64,000 nt of DNA from Mytilus californianus (Eukaryota), in assembly GCF_021869535.1 (NCBI RefSeq), contig NW_026262734.1:89652001-89716000 (forward strand). The letters run 5' to 3'. Shown here in pieces: positions 40,640 to 53,013 of this stretch (its first letter is position 1; each line of letters begins with the position of its first letter). The notes beneath the pieces are model-generated. The model ran no database searches and was not told where the DNA came from. It worked only from the letters and a program-made list of their open reading frames with translations. The position numbers were made by a program, and so were the translations under genes.

Positions 40640-41000
40640 ATTTCGACAACGCATCCTTGTTCTGAATTTAGAAGTTTTGTAATCAACCGACCCTCATTGT
40701 CAAATTCTAGATGTAAGTTAAGGTATGAGTCAGACTTAACTGTATCTGTTGAATCCTTTATCTCTAGTTCGATGGGATAGATGTGTTCAACATAGTCACC
40801 AAATTTTTTAATTATAAGTTGAGACACCATCGTCTATATAGCGGAAAGTAAATTTAAAGGACATTGCTTACTTCTTGTCTTTCTTCCTTAGAAGTACCTT
40901 ATGAAGTCAGCCTCATAAGAATAAAGTAAAAAGTCGACAAGAAGAAAAGCACAATTGGTTCCCATAGGAATGCGGATAGTTTGTTGAAAACACGTCTTCC
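40640..41000 (-). pseudogene. Decayed Penelope-like RT fragment
   Basis: VFQQTIRIPMGTN and FGDYVEHIYPIELEIKD..DTVKS.SYLNLHLE motifs. Confidence 0.75.
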
Positions 41001-44000
41001 AAACTCGTGATTAGAAAATCATCAACTTATCATAAATGATGATTTGCCACATACAGTAATAAAATTGAGAATGGAAATGGAAATGGGGAATTAGAGACAA
41101 CAACCCGACCAAAAAGCAAGAATTTATGACATGACAACTACATCTATTGATCTCATGTAAAGAGCATTTTTGATAGTTTTGGTGTACTGAAGCTTCGCAA
41201 ATTTCATTGGATGATCACACATTTTGCATTCCAATGTGACCATACATATAGATATTGCTCTTGCGTAGTAAACATTGTTGTCAGAGCCTGCATATACAAC
41301 ATGCTTTTTCAACTTGCTTTTTAAAATTAGGGTAATAAGTTTGTCCTACCGAGGTGCTATCTAACTTGGTAAAACATATTAGAATTGACAATAAAGTATT
41401 TTCAAATCAATTAGTGCGAGACAGTTTATAGCACATTACTTGACTGCTAGCAATCTTTTGGTTGAGTTCCATTTTCCGATTATGATTTCTATGTGGCGTA
41501 TCATGTAAAACAGTATATGACTTTGTAAAATATAAATTAAGCCAAGTTTACATTCGAGCTTGTAGTGTCAAAATGTGCTGAGCTGAACCAATTTCCGTTC
41601 GTATTTTTCAAAAGCTGCTTCACATTTGTTTTTTGTTTATAATATCAACAGTTAATTAAAGTGTTTAACCGATAACTTGATATACGGACATAATATCAGA
41701 CTCAAAACGTGATAACCGTTATATCGTACATTTGATATGAATGTGTTCTTAAATCATAGATAACATTGTTTAATTTAAGGACGAACATGGCTATATCTAA
41801 TGAAATCATTATCACGTTTTTAAAATAACAAAACAAAGTGAAAATCATAGTTAATCTTTTTCTTTTCAAAAGGTTAAAATGAGGTCTGAAATATACATTA
41901 GTTGTCTCAGCTACATTGGTCTGTAGAAGTTGGAAAAAGCGTCAAAATATGAGACTTTATAGAATGTATAGTCAACGTATTTAGCTTTTAATATGTTAAG
42001 TGTGAATATAAAAGTATGAAGAGTATGGTATTTTTGACAATTAATTTACTCGCCACCGTAAACAAACTGACGTAAAAGTTAACAGCTTTAAGTCCCTGTA
42101 CGGTCTTTATCTCCTTTTATGTCTATATATTACCGCCTTATAATCAAAGTACACCTTCATGGATTGAAGATGGCGAACATACGAGGGAAATTGTATAGCT
42201 GTTAATACAGGATTTAACTTTTAGGACAGTCTGGAATGATACACTGCTTTTGTCGTGTATAAAAAACTAGAAAAGATATCATAAAATGGCTGCGTGCTAC
42301 AACATGTACACACATTTTCTTCTTCAAATAGGATTCTCAAATTTCATTCTATGTATTAATTTAGGGAATTTGAATGGTTAAATAAGAAAATCTGGGAGAC
42401 GATATTTGTGTAACAATTACAAAACATAGAACAAAAAACAATAGGACAGAATAAAAAATTATCTACAAAAAGCATCAGTTTAATGTCATCAAGCATACCA
42501 AAATAATCCAAAGTAACAAAAAAGCTTTTCTATATATATTAGAATTGATAAAGTAAAAACAGATGAGGGTAGGAGAGTCTTAATTGAAATCGTAACATCT
42601 TTTGTAAGAATTCGACAAATAATGGATATGTTTTTTTTCCAAAATATACGTAACAATATAATAACCTAAGCTTCAATATTATAATTGTATGTTTTTTTTT
42701 AATTTTAGTTCATTTATATGTTTTGGAGTTTAGTGTGACGTCCATTTTCACTGAACTGGTATACAATTTTATTAAAGGGACAGCTGAGGACCACCCCCGG
42801 GTGCGAGATTTTCTCGCTGCGTTGAAGACCGATTGGTGACCTTCGGCTGTTGTCTGCTCTTTGGTCGGGTTGTTGTCTCTTTGACATATTCCCCATTTCC
42901 ATTCTCAATTTTATATATCTTTCTGTCTCAAGGGTTTTGTGAAGATAAGGTAGACAATATATATAAATCCAGAAGTTATATACCGATGTTCAAATATAAT
43001 GGAAAACGAGAAATTTTAATTGTACTTCTATATATTAATGCCAAATGCTATTTTCTAAAATCTCCTCTCTCGGGAGTGATGTAAAGGTATACAGGGTATA
43101 TGTTTTATTCCTAGAATTTTTTTGAACTCTTATGTTACATTCCAAAAGATTTGGATATGAATCAATATTACCTTTTAAATTTTGTTTGTCTGATTGAACG
43201 ATGATATATTTGTCACGTAGAGAAAATAAAACATCCAAAACCTCGGGCTACTGGTAAATGTTAGAAACTAGTGTACTATCTTCACATCGTAGTTGTATAT
43301 GTGATTCCAAAGGCATGACCGAACTTTGGTTCATCTTACTAGCGCGTTATTCCTTTCTGACATAGTCTCCAACTTCATCAATCAGTAATATGCAGACCCT
43401 CATTCAGTTAAAGGACTGCGCTATTCGATATATTTATCTTTTGGGTAATGAGTCTTTCAATTATTCATTGTTTATTATGTCACGATCCTATGTAACATGT
43501 GTAACATGATAGCAGGCGACTATTTTTGTATCATATATCTATGTGTTTGAGCAAGTATTTGTCATGATAGTTGTTGAATTCAACGATGAGATTGTCGGAA
43601 AATTTATTATAGTTTTTAAAGAATTATTAAGCTAGATATAATTGTTGATGTGTTGAAATATCGTAGCAGTTGTAATCTTTAAAAGAATTGTTGTATTGAT
43701 ATCAACATCTGGCAAAGACCGCCGCGAACATTGGTGTTACGAGCCGTCTTCCTTTAACTTTAAGAAAAAATTGAAAATGACAATAACCTTACAAAACAAT
43801 TGAAAACTTATAGATACCGGCGTTTACATATATGCTGCTTCTTTCTTACCATTGTGGAAATAATATTTCCTATAAAATATTAAAGTGTTCTATGCGTGGT
43901 AATGTGTAGCACTGTGTCAGGTTCAGTCGGAAGATGTTTGAAAATTTATGATATGCAGACACTTATGACAGAGTAATGGAGAATCTTGATAGAAATAACA

Positions 44001-44199
44001 AATCACGTTTAATCGAACAATGTCGAAAGATGTGCTATAAAACAAAATGGGGTGACATCTAAAATAGAAAAATGTGTATGTTTTTTTATTGTTACTTATC
44101 TTATTTTAAGTCGTGGTTTTGCCGTTATTTATTAGACTTATCATCTTTAATTGTCTCCTTAGTAGTTACTCCCTCTTTCAAATCTGCGCATGGAGCAAA

Positions 44200-45090
44200 C
44201 ATTATAAGAGTTTTCGATATTACAAACTAGTCAAACATTTACCAAATTTTATCATCGGTACAAGGACATCATTCGTAAATATATATCAACGTGCAAACAG
44301 CATATACGTTCAGGTATTTCACATCCCATCTTTATGGTAAAATTCTTTACAAAGCAAAAAATGTCGCCATTCACCGCAAAAGCTAACAAAACTTTTAAAC
44401 AGACTTATTCAGAAGGGATAAAGTAACGATACTGTTGTCAGGTCATTAAAGATGGCATATTTTGGTATTGATATTGATTTACTCATAGAGTCTTTTTATC
44501 GGAAATAAACACGTGTATTCTAAAACCAGTTGTTGGCATGATACGGGTCATGTTCTTCCGATATATTTTATGATGGTATGATCATGAGGGATAGTGCCTA
44601 ATTTTCATATGATAAAGACATAATCTTGTAATCGGTTTAATTAAGGTCTAGAGCTAGCATGTCAGTAACTGTTCCTTTGTTAATTTATGTATCATTGACA
44701 TTTTGCTTAGTTTCATTTGTTACCAATTCTGACATCGGACTCTGACTTCTTTTAAACTGAGTTTTACTTTGCGTATTGCTGTGTGTTTGTTTTTTTACGT
44801 TGGCTAGGGTATAAGGGGAGGGTTGAGATCTCACTTAACATGTTTAACCGCGCCGCATTTTGCGCCTGTCCCAGGTCAGAAGGCTCTGGCCTTTGTAAGT
44901 CTTGTATGATTTTTTGTTTTAGCTAATTTCTGTGTTTTGGTGTATGGTGTGACGTCCATTTTCAATGAACTGGTACACATTTTTGTTTGAGGGCCAGCTG
45001 AAGCCCACCCTTTGGTGGCCTACGGCTGTTTTTTGCTCTATGGTCGGGTTGTTGTCTCTTTGACATATTCCCCATTTCCATTCTCAATTT
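44200..45090 (+). mobile_element. 5'-truncated Penelope-like element (RT C-terminus + 3' repeat), more diverged copy
   Basis: Aligns by eye, in inverse orientation, over ~0.9 kb with 46925-47960. Confidence 0.75.
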
Positions 45091-45677
45091 CCTCATAAAA
45101 CTTATTTTTTTGGAAGTAAAAAAAATACTGTAACTCTTTTTATAGAACAAAAATTGTCTGATATTAACCATGTAAATAGTGGAAAAGGTCAATCCAAAAA
45201 CTCTATAAACCGCAAAGAAATGTTAAATTTAGTCTAGAATTTTTGTAGCCAGTGTTCAATAGTATTTATTTGTTCCCTTCAAATGAAGTTATAGTCATGT
45301 TAGAAGCACATATATTATATCATAAGTCATCTGTTATTATCACACAAAGATGAAAAATTATAATGACGAAGGTTTGATTCATTAGCACCACTTTGACATT
45401 TAATAACCTGTTGTATTCGTAGAACATGATATTGCTAAAACAGATATCCTTGATTTACATTATTAAAATTCTTATACATGTATTAGTTATAGATGTAGAC
45501 GTGCTAGACTCAATTTTATTACCAATGGTCAGCCACTGGATATGGGCAAACTTATAAAGGTGTGAAACAAATCCAAATAAGAAAATGGCAAGGCTTTATA
45601 AACGATTTTCATTGAGTTATTCTTACAATTTATTGAATATCTTTCTTTTGTCAACTTGTATTCTAATACTTTACAAT

Positions 45678-46082
45678 ATGAAATTCTTTACCGCAGTGCA
45701 AAGAATATTAAAGAAGCTAAAACGACAACAGGTGCATTCAAGAAAAAGACTGTCTGAAAGAAAACTATATATCTGGAATTGCATATCGGATGGTCATTTT
45801 GATGATGCAATGATAATAATCAAAACTGAACGCTGTTTTAATTATAAGGACACTACAAAGGCAACTATTCTTATGCATGTTTGTCAAGCAAAGGCAGATG
45901 AGGATGAAATAATAAAATTTGTGACCTTTTTACTTGCAGAAGGGGCTTACATCGAACTGCAAGATGTATTCGGAAAGACAGCTTTGGATTATGCACAAGA
46001 AAATGGACTTACAAAGGTGGAAACATTACTTCGGAAAACTGTTTATGATGACTTTGTCGAGGGTTTATCATGGCTTTTTTGA
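45678..46082 (+). CDS. Single-exon small ankyrin-repeat protein (134 aa from ATG 45678; frame open from ATG 45585)
   Basis: TILMHVCQ...FLLAEGAYIELQDVFGKTALDYAQENGLTKVETLL. TATAAA at 45553-45558 and AATAAA at 46386. Confidence 0.75.
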   Translation: MKFFTAVQRILKKLKRQQVHSRKRLSERKLYIWNCISDGHFDDAMIIIKTERCFNYKDTTKATILMHVCQAKADEDEIIKFVTFLLAEGAYIELQDVFGKTALDYAQENGLTKVETLLRKTVYDDFVEGLSWLF

Positions 46083-46924
46083 TGTATCAAAGTACAGGAA
46101 TTCTAAAACCACTATAGACTTCACCAGTGTGAGACTGCATCCAGATTGAAAACGAAAACACCAGGAAAAACAAAATGATTTTGCATTCTAGTTGTGGTAC
46201 GAATAACAGGACAGATATAGAAAATATTCGGTAAATCTATTAAACCATGTCATCAAAAACAATCAATTTTGTAATAGTTGGGTAAAAAAATATTGTTGAG
46301 TGGGTGAGTATAATAAAATACACACAAGTGTTAGTGAAGTGATTTATTGACACTTATGCTGGTTCTCTTTGCTGAATTTAATGTCAATAAAATAAAACAA
46401 TTATCAGTTAATGTTGCGGTGAACACAATTAGGTATTCCTCCAAATAACACATTAACAAAATATGGAGGTAAATATTGGTATGTTAAATCTCTGTAAATG
46501 TAAAAACAAAAAGGGATGTTTTCAATTTGTATTACCTATATGTCAACTTTTTTGCACGTTTAACAATAAATTGCAGTAACATTATAGGTGTCTTTGTCCC
46601 ATTAATATTTCATCCTGTTATACGTTTACATTCGATTAAAGAGTCACGTTATCAACTATGGTCTTTGTCTCATCAACGTATCATTCCCATCTCCATGTAT
46701 TCAATATATACTGCTAACATTTGATGCATTCAACGGATGAGGTATGATATGAGCCATTATTTGGGCCATGAAACTGCAGAAATGATTATTTGCTATTATA
46801 TGAATGAACATGTCGCAAGTAATCGTAAACATGTTTCCCTGCTAAACAAATATGTCGTGGGCACCCATGTAGTTTCTACATTTTTCATTGTCCAAAAAAA
46901 CACTGACAAAAAAATCAGACATAA

Positions 46925-47960
46925 TAAAATTGAGAATGGAAATGGGGAATGTGTCAAAGAGACAACAACCCGACCATAGAACAGACAACAGCAGAAGGTC
47001 ACCAACAGGTCTTCAATGCAGCGAGAAATTCCCGCACCCGGAGGCGTCCTTCAGCTGGCCCCTAAACAAATATATATACTAGTTCAGTGATAATGAACGC
47101 CATACTAAACTCCAAATTGTACACAAGAAATAATAAAAATAATACAAGACTAACAAAGGCTAGAGGCTCCTGACTTGGGACAGGCGCAAAAATGCGGCGG
47201 GGTTAAACATGTTTATGAGATCTCAACCCTCCCCCTATACCTCTAGCCAATGTAGAAAAGTAAACGCATAACAATACGCACATTAAAATTCAGTTCAAGA
47301 GAAGTCCGAGTCTGATGTCAGAAGATGTAACCAAAGAAAATAAACAAAATGACAATAATACATAAATAACAACAGACTACTAGCAGTTAACTGACATGCC
47401 AGCTCCAGACTTCAATTAAACTGATTGAAAGATTATGTCTTCATCATATGAATATCAGGCACAATCCTTCCCGTTAGGGGTTTAGTATCATACCATCATA
47501 ACATATATGAGAAGAACATAACCCGTGTCATGCCAACAACTGGTTTTTAAATAAATGTGTTTAGTGCCGATGCACAGACCCTATAAGTGAATCAATATTA
47601 ACGCCAAAATATGCAATCTTTAATGACCTGACAACAGTATCGTAACTATATCCCTTCTTAATAAGTCTGTTTAAAGGTTTTGTTAGCTTCAGAGGTGAAT
47701 ACTGACATGTTTGTGCTTTATAAAGAATATTTCCATAAAAAATTGGATGTGAAATACCTGAACGTATAAGAAGTCTGCATGTTGAGCTATATTTACGAAT
47801 GATGTCCTTATACCGATGATAAAATTTAGTAAATGTTTTGACTAGTTTGTGATATCGAAAACCCTGGTGTAATAATTTTTCAGTAATACATAAATTTCTC
47901 TCGTTAAAATCTAAAACATTGTTACATACGCTTTTCAAATAAGAACGTCTTCTCCATTGC
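46925..47960 (-). mobile_element. 5'-truncated Penelope-like element (RT C-terminus 47561-47962 + 3' repeat)
   Basis: KLLHQGFRYHKLVKTFTKFYHRYKDIIRKY... followed by the gagaatggaaatgggga family repeat. Confidence 0.8.
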
Positions 47961-49994
47961 ATAATAAAAATAAATAACCGAACAAATTAAAATACATGTG
48001 AATAACATCATACACAATATATATATGGAGACATGAAATGAACGAGAATTGAATCGACTTGGATCATCGATTTTTTAAAGTAAAGTTGTCCATCTCTTTG
48101 CCTGTTTGTCCTGGTTTTGGCTGTAGAATCGTCTGTCTTTCTTTTACTTATGGTTTTTGATTGCACCAATTGTAGCTTCCACCATTGTTGTTTCGGAAAT
48201 CACACAAAACAAGAGATGTAATGTAACCCAGGGAGAATCAAAGCTAACTAATCGACTAAAGACCAACAAAATCATGACCCAAAAAAAATGAAAAACGACA
48301 AAAAGACATACCACAGTCTACAAAACATCACATAAAAAACTATCGAAAAAGCAACATGAACCTACCAAATACCAGGGGTAATAGTATGTGATCAGTAAGG
48401 ATAAGCATATCCTTCTCCACATGTTGTGCAATGTAAGTACAAATTAATAATTAGGTATCATTCGATGATGTCACAATCAAAGAAAAGAGGACGAAATAAT
48501 TACGAAGACCAATAGAACAAATCCGTCGTCATATGTGACACAGATATTCTATAACGGTCAAACAGTTCATGATGGAGCACGTCAAATATTCAAAGGGATG
48601 ACTTCAACTTTATTAACTACGAATCCTTGGTTCAAAATTTTTCTTGTAAGCACCAACCTTCTGTCAAGGAATCATGGTAGGAAACTCGACCATTTGGAAT
48701 ATCTTAACGTTTATTTGACCCTAAAGTTTACTTGGCATAGCTTTTGAAGTTTATTTCAATTGCATAAATTGTATGTACTGAATTCGATTTTAAATATTTT
48801 TGATACAAGATAGTTTTAAATCTGTGTTTAAACCATCAAATAGTGATTACCGTATTTGAGTAGATTATCGTTTATGTCATTTTGTAAAATTATCATACCT
48901 TTATTGTTTTTTTACATGTAGTACGAATAGTGATATTTGCGTCATGCATTGGTACTTCATATCCTTTGTTTTACATTCCAATACTTCTTTATTAACGATA
49001 AGACATTCACGAATATAGGACCTATTTCCCCTTGCAGAACTAACGATTTGTTATATGAGATTACTGGAAGAATTCTCCCTCCAGGCGCTTTTTCTCTATA
49101 ACTCAAACGAAGAACCAAAACAAACGTTACGACTTAAAGCATTAAAAATCATTAAATGCTACAAAAGTCGACTAAACATTAAACTTGAAACATAAGTTAA
49201 ATTAATAAGAAAAAAACGTTTAATATTTTTTAACTTCTAAACTTTTGGTCTTGAGCAAACGTGCTAATGTTTATTCAAGAATCTCGTGTCATTTGCATTG
49301 AGATCAATTCACATGTTGTAATTTCCATTCAAAACAGTGCCACCAATTGTTGACTGTCAGCGGTGTGGTTTTTACTTTAACCAAAAAAACAATTGCTTTT
49401 TACTTCGATTTTACGGTACATAACATTATAAATTATAAATTCAAGCAGAAACACAACCAGGCAAAGTTGGTCTTGAAAACTCATCAAAAATACAAATGTT
49501 TATAATTTTGTACCCCAATCGCGAACATCCTCTACATAATAATCATCAGAGGTTCTCGAATTAAAACAGTTAAAATACCAAATCAACAAAGGAGGTGAAA
49601 TTCATTGAAAACAAATAAATCCCTAAAGATGTGCCGAATCCAGGTAAGGTCATAAATTGATTTGTGTAGATGGTTTAAGGCATTCTGTTTAGGCCTGTTT
49701 TAGTTTTAAATACCTTCAAACGTTTAGTGTGTTTAGCTTTCCAAACTTTGGTTTCTACTTCACATTTTAAAGATTATTCAAGAAAGCCTCAACGAACATT
49801 TTGTGATTTATTATTGAAATGGGATTCGTTGATCATGTTGATCGTTTGTACGCGAGCAAAATTGTAGCGCACATATTTGTACACATATTTCACTTTAATA
49901 TTAACCGGTGTATGAGTTTAAACGCATTCATTTAAGACATAGTTTCTTTTAATATATTAGTCCCTAGTATAAAATATAAATTCTTTATGTTTTG

Positions 49995-50680
49995 TTGTTG
50001 TTGGAAAATGGGAAGGTTTGCAAGCATTTCCGTTTCTGAAAACACAAATACTGGTCTTCTATAAACAATCAGTGCAGAATGTTTCCAATACATTTGTAAT
50101 ACAATAAAGTTACAATATCTATCCTTTAATAATTTACGAAACGAACCAGATTAAAACATGTGGGAGCAGTTTGTTACACCTGTTTTTATTGTTGTTGGAA
50201 AATGGGAAGGTTCGCAAGCATTTCCGTTTCTGAAAACACAAATACTGATCTTCTATAAACAATCAGTGCAGAATGTTTCCAATACATTTGTAATACAATA
50301 AAGTTACAATATCTATCCTTTTATATTTTACGAAACGAACCAGATTAAAACATGTGGGAACACAATATCACACACCTATACCCCCCTCCAAAAAAAAAAA
50401 AATTTGACCCCCAAAAAATTACCCTCATTTCAAGTAAAAGAGCCCTAAATTTTCATAAAAAAAAAAGCAAAAAAAAACGCAAAAACACCAAAATTTTCTT
50501 ACTCCCAAAAAAATTTTTTTTTTACTTTGGAAAAAAACGTTATTAAAAACACCCAAAAAACAACAAAAAAATTCCAAACAAAAATAAATAAAAAAACCGG
50601 GAGAACAGGCGAAGAAAGAATTCTGTGGGATTTAAGAGAAAAAATAATTTCCCCAGTGCGCCCCAACCTTGATTTTTAAT
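49995..50680. other. 170-bp direct duplication (period 194 bp) followed by ~320 bp of homopolymer-rich, low-quality-looking sequence
   Basis: 49995-50164 is nearly identical to 50189-50358. 50360-50680 is dominated by A/C/T runs. Confidence 0.75.
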
Positions 50681-50888
50681 TAATTTTATCAATATAGTTT
50701 AGTAATAAAACGGATCAATACGACTACAACTTCAATTGCTTTTTACATTTGTGAAGTGTTATAAACTAAATCGATCATTGAAAATATTTACATGGTTGTC
50801 AAGAGTATGTTTACATGTTGCCTAGATAACGTTGTCATCACATGTAAACATATAGCAGACTGGTGCGGTCTTTCGTTTCAAATTAACA

Positions 50889-51632
50889 GTGGTGAGAAGA
50901 CGTGAATTAATGTTTCAAGAAAGTAATTCTACAAAAGAAATACAAATGGAAATTCAAGAGTGTCAGGCGCAGCCTCAACCACAGAACTGGCCATGGAGTT
51001 TAGAAGAAAGTAACATTTTGATAGAAAATATTTATTACTATCAGAGAATGATTGAGACAATCGAAAGAGCTAAGAGTTTGGGACCGGTTAAACTTCCAAA
51101 AGCTCCGAAAAGAAAGGTGCAGGACTTATTTAAAGAAAAACTGGGAAAGAAAAAAAAGCAAACTATCCCGACGACCCCTGAAGAACTTCACACCTTTCTA
51201 AGAAGCAGAAAGGCGGATTTATCAAAGACAATTTCGAGGCAGAAGTTTATTTTTAATAGTGAAAAAGACCCTGTTAAACAGTTACAAGAAGCATACAAAC
51301 ACTTGGGAAGACATAACGCCCAAGGTATGCTGTTTAACATTACTTTCGGTGATTTCCTTAATGATTTGAGAGACTGGTTTCTTTCGGCAAAGGTCAATAC
51401 AACGTGGGACACATGGTTATCATCTAAGATAGATATATCTATACCTCATGCTCGGAAATTAAGACAACTTGCTAATCTACTTAAAGGATTTAAAGGTTTT
51501 CTGAACATTAATGTTTCAATCAATGATATTCTTTCAAAACAAATGTTAGCAATTGATCAGTTTGCCACCTTTTGGAGACAGGTAGACTATATTCCAGCAG
51601 ATGATGAACTTACTCCGTCACAAGAAGTTTGA
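50889..51632 (+). CDS. Hypothetical protein (up to 247 aa), possibly a Polinton accessory gene with a DUF3102-like motif
   Basis: Long intronless ORF with motif FGDFL..LRDWF......WDTWL...IDIS..HARKLRQLA and a Lys-rich NLS-like stretch. The true start may be ATG 50910 or 50946. Confidence 0.6.
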   Translation: MVRRRELMFQESNSTKEIQMEIQECQAQPQPQNWPWSLEESNILIENIYYYQRMIETIERAKSLGPVKLPKAPKRKVQDLFKEKLGKKKKQTIPTTPEELHTFLRSRKADLSKTISRQKFIFNSEKDPVKQLQEAYKHLGRHNAQGMLFNITFGDFLNDLRDWFLSAKVNTTWDTWLSSKIDISIPHARKLRQLANLLKGFKGFLNINVSINDILSKQMLAIDQFATFWRQVDYIPADDELTPSQEV

Positions 51633-51648
51633 TATGTATGTGATATTG

Positions 51649-51757
51649 TATTCCATATAAGGAGTGATCATACATGATCAGTAGGTGGGACAACTCTTTA
51701 CTATTGATTTTCTTATTCCATATAAGGAGTGATCATACATGATCAGTAGGTGGGACA
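51649..51757. repeat. Two identical 44-bp direct repeats (period 65) with an internal TGATCAT-ac-ATGATCA palindrome
   Basis: tattccatataaggagtgatcatacatgatcagtaggtgggaca at 51649-51692 and 51714-51757. Confidence 0.9.
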
Positions 51758-51925
51758 TAGTAACGGTTATTCATAACCGGGTAACTTTTAGTGGATGTGA
51801 CAGTTCTAACTTTGAACAGTGATATTATGTTTATAGTGTTTGATTTGTATGTATTCATTGCACTTTTGTTTTCTAATTAAAATTTTGAAACTGATTATTG
51901 TTTTGGTAATAAATTAACCGTAAGT

Positions 51926-52147
51926 AAAGGAGGAGCGAAAAACCAAAGGGACGTTATATCTCATAAGTAAAAAGTAAATCGACAAAGCCATGGCTAAAAA
52001 AGAAACAGACAAACAGGCAAACAACAGAACACAAAATACAACACAGAAAAAAAACCTAAAGACTGAGAAACACGAACCCCACCAAAAACCGGGGGTGATC
52101 TCAGGTGCTCTGGAAGGGTAAGCGGACCCTGTTCCACATGTGGTACC
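51926..52147 (+). repeat. Truncated host repeat family B copy abutting the integrase 3' end
   Basis: Homologous to 12530-12630; ends 16 bp from the integrase stop codon. Confidence 0.75.
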
Positions 52148-52163
52148 TTTCATTTAGAAAGAT

Positions 52164-52983
52164 TTAAAACTTAGTCATCATTAATTCTTGTTTATAGAAA
52201 GCACCTGTTATTTCGTCGCCTTTTAAATCAATTATTTTATAAGTAAAAGGAATTGTATTTAAAACTTTTTCAATTACAAATATTTCTTTAGTCCAACGAG
52301 TAGTATAACCCTTTTCAAATTTACCCTTCTTTTTTGTTATTCTTACTCTAGTACCTACTTCGAATTTAGGTTTTTTAATTTTCTCTTCTTTTTCTGGATA
52401 TAAATTTTTATACACTGTTAATTCATTTTTTAATTTACTTGCTTCAACAGGTGTCATTTTAATTGAAGAATGTACTGTATTATTATAATTTTTTAACTAA
52501 TTTATCTAATATATCATAATATTTTAAAGTTTCATTAGCAGTAAAGTATTTATACATATGTTGTTTCATTGTTCCTATCCATCGTTCCACTACACTGGAT
52601 TTTTCTTCATTCTCAGTTGAATATAACTTTATGTTATTATCTTTTAACAATTCTTTTACTTGTCGATTATAAAATTCGGATCCTTTATCTGACCAAATAT
52701 ATATTGGTTTTCTTTCTTTAAATAATGTTTTAAATGCTTCACTCACTGCTACTCCTGTTTTATTTTTCAATGGAATCAACCAACCATATTTACTAAAAAC
52801 ATCTATAACTGCTAATAAATATTTATAGTGTTTATTTTGTTTTGAATATTGTTGTATATCTATCAAATCAACTGCCCATGTTTGATCTATTGAATTAACA
52901 TAAACACGTCTTTTAGGAAAAGATTTTATAACTCTATGATGTAATTCATCTGCTAATTTATTTGTTAGATTTGTTTTAGACAT
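52164..52983 (-). pseudogene. INT: Retroviral-like (rve, DDE) integrase split by a +1 frameshift in an A6 run (~52489-52494)
   Basis: WAVDL, WSDKGSEF and VVER catalytic motifs. Removing one A gives ...LVKNYNNTVHSSIKMTP..., which fuses ORFs 52483-52983 and 52164-52457. Confidence 0.92.
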
Positions 52984-53013
52984 TTTTAAGTAACTAAAAT
53001 GTTTTCTTAAAAA
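52984..53013. promoter_or_regulatory. 30-bp head-to-head intergenic spacer (integrase/pPolB) with inverted TAAAA(A)ATG ends
   Basis: cat-ttttaagtaactaaaatgttttcttaaaaa-atg. Confidence 0.5.

Noticed and set aside
49995-50358. The 170-bp duplication as the Polinton terminal inverted repeat
   Set aside because: The copies are direct, not inverted; there is no AG/AGT-type terminus or TSD, and the other end is outside the window.
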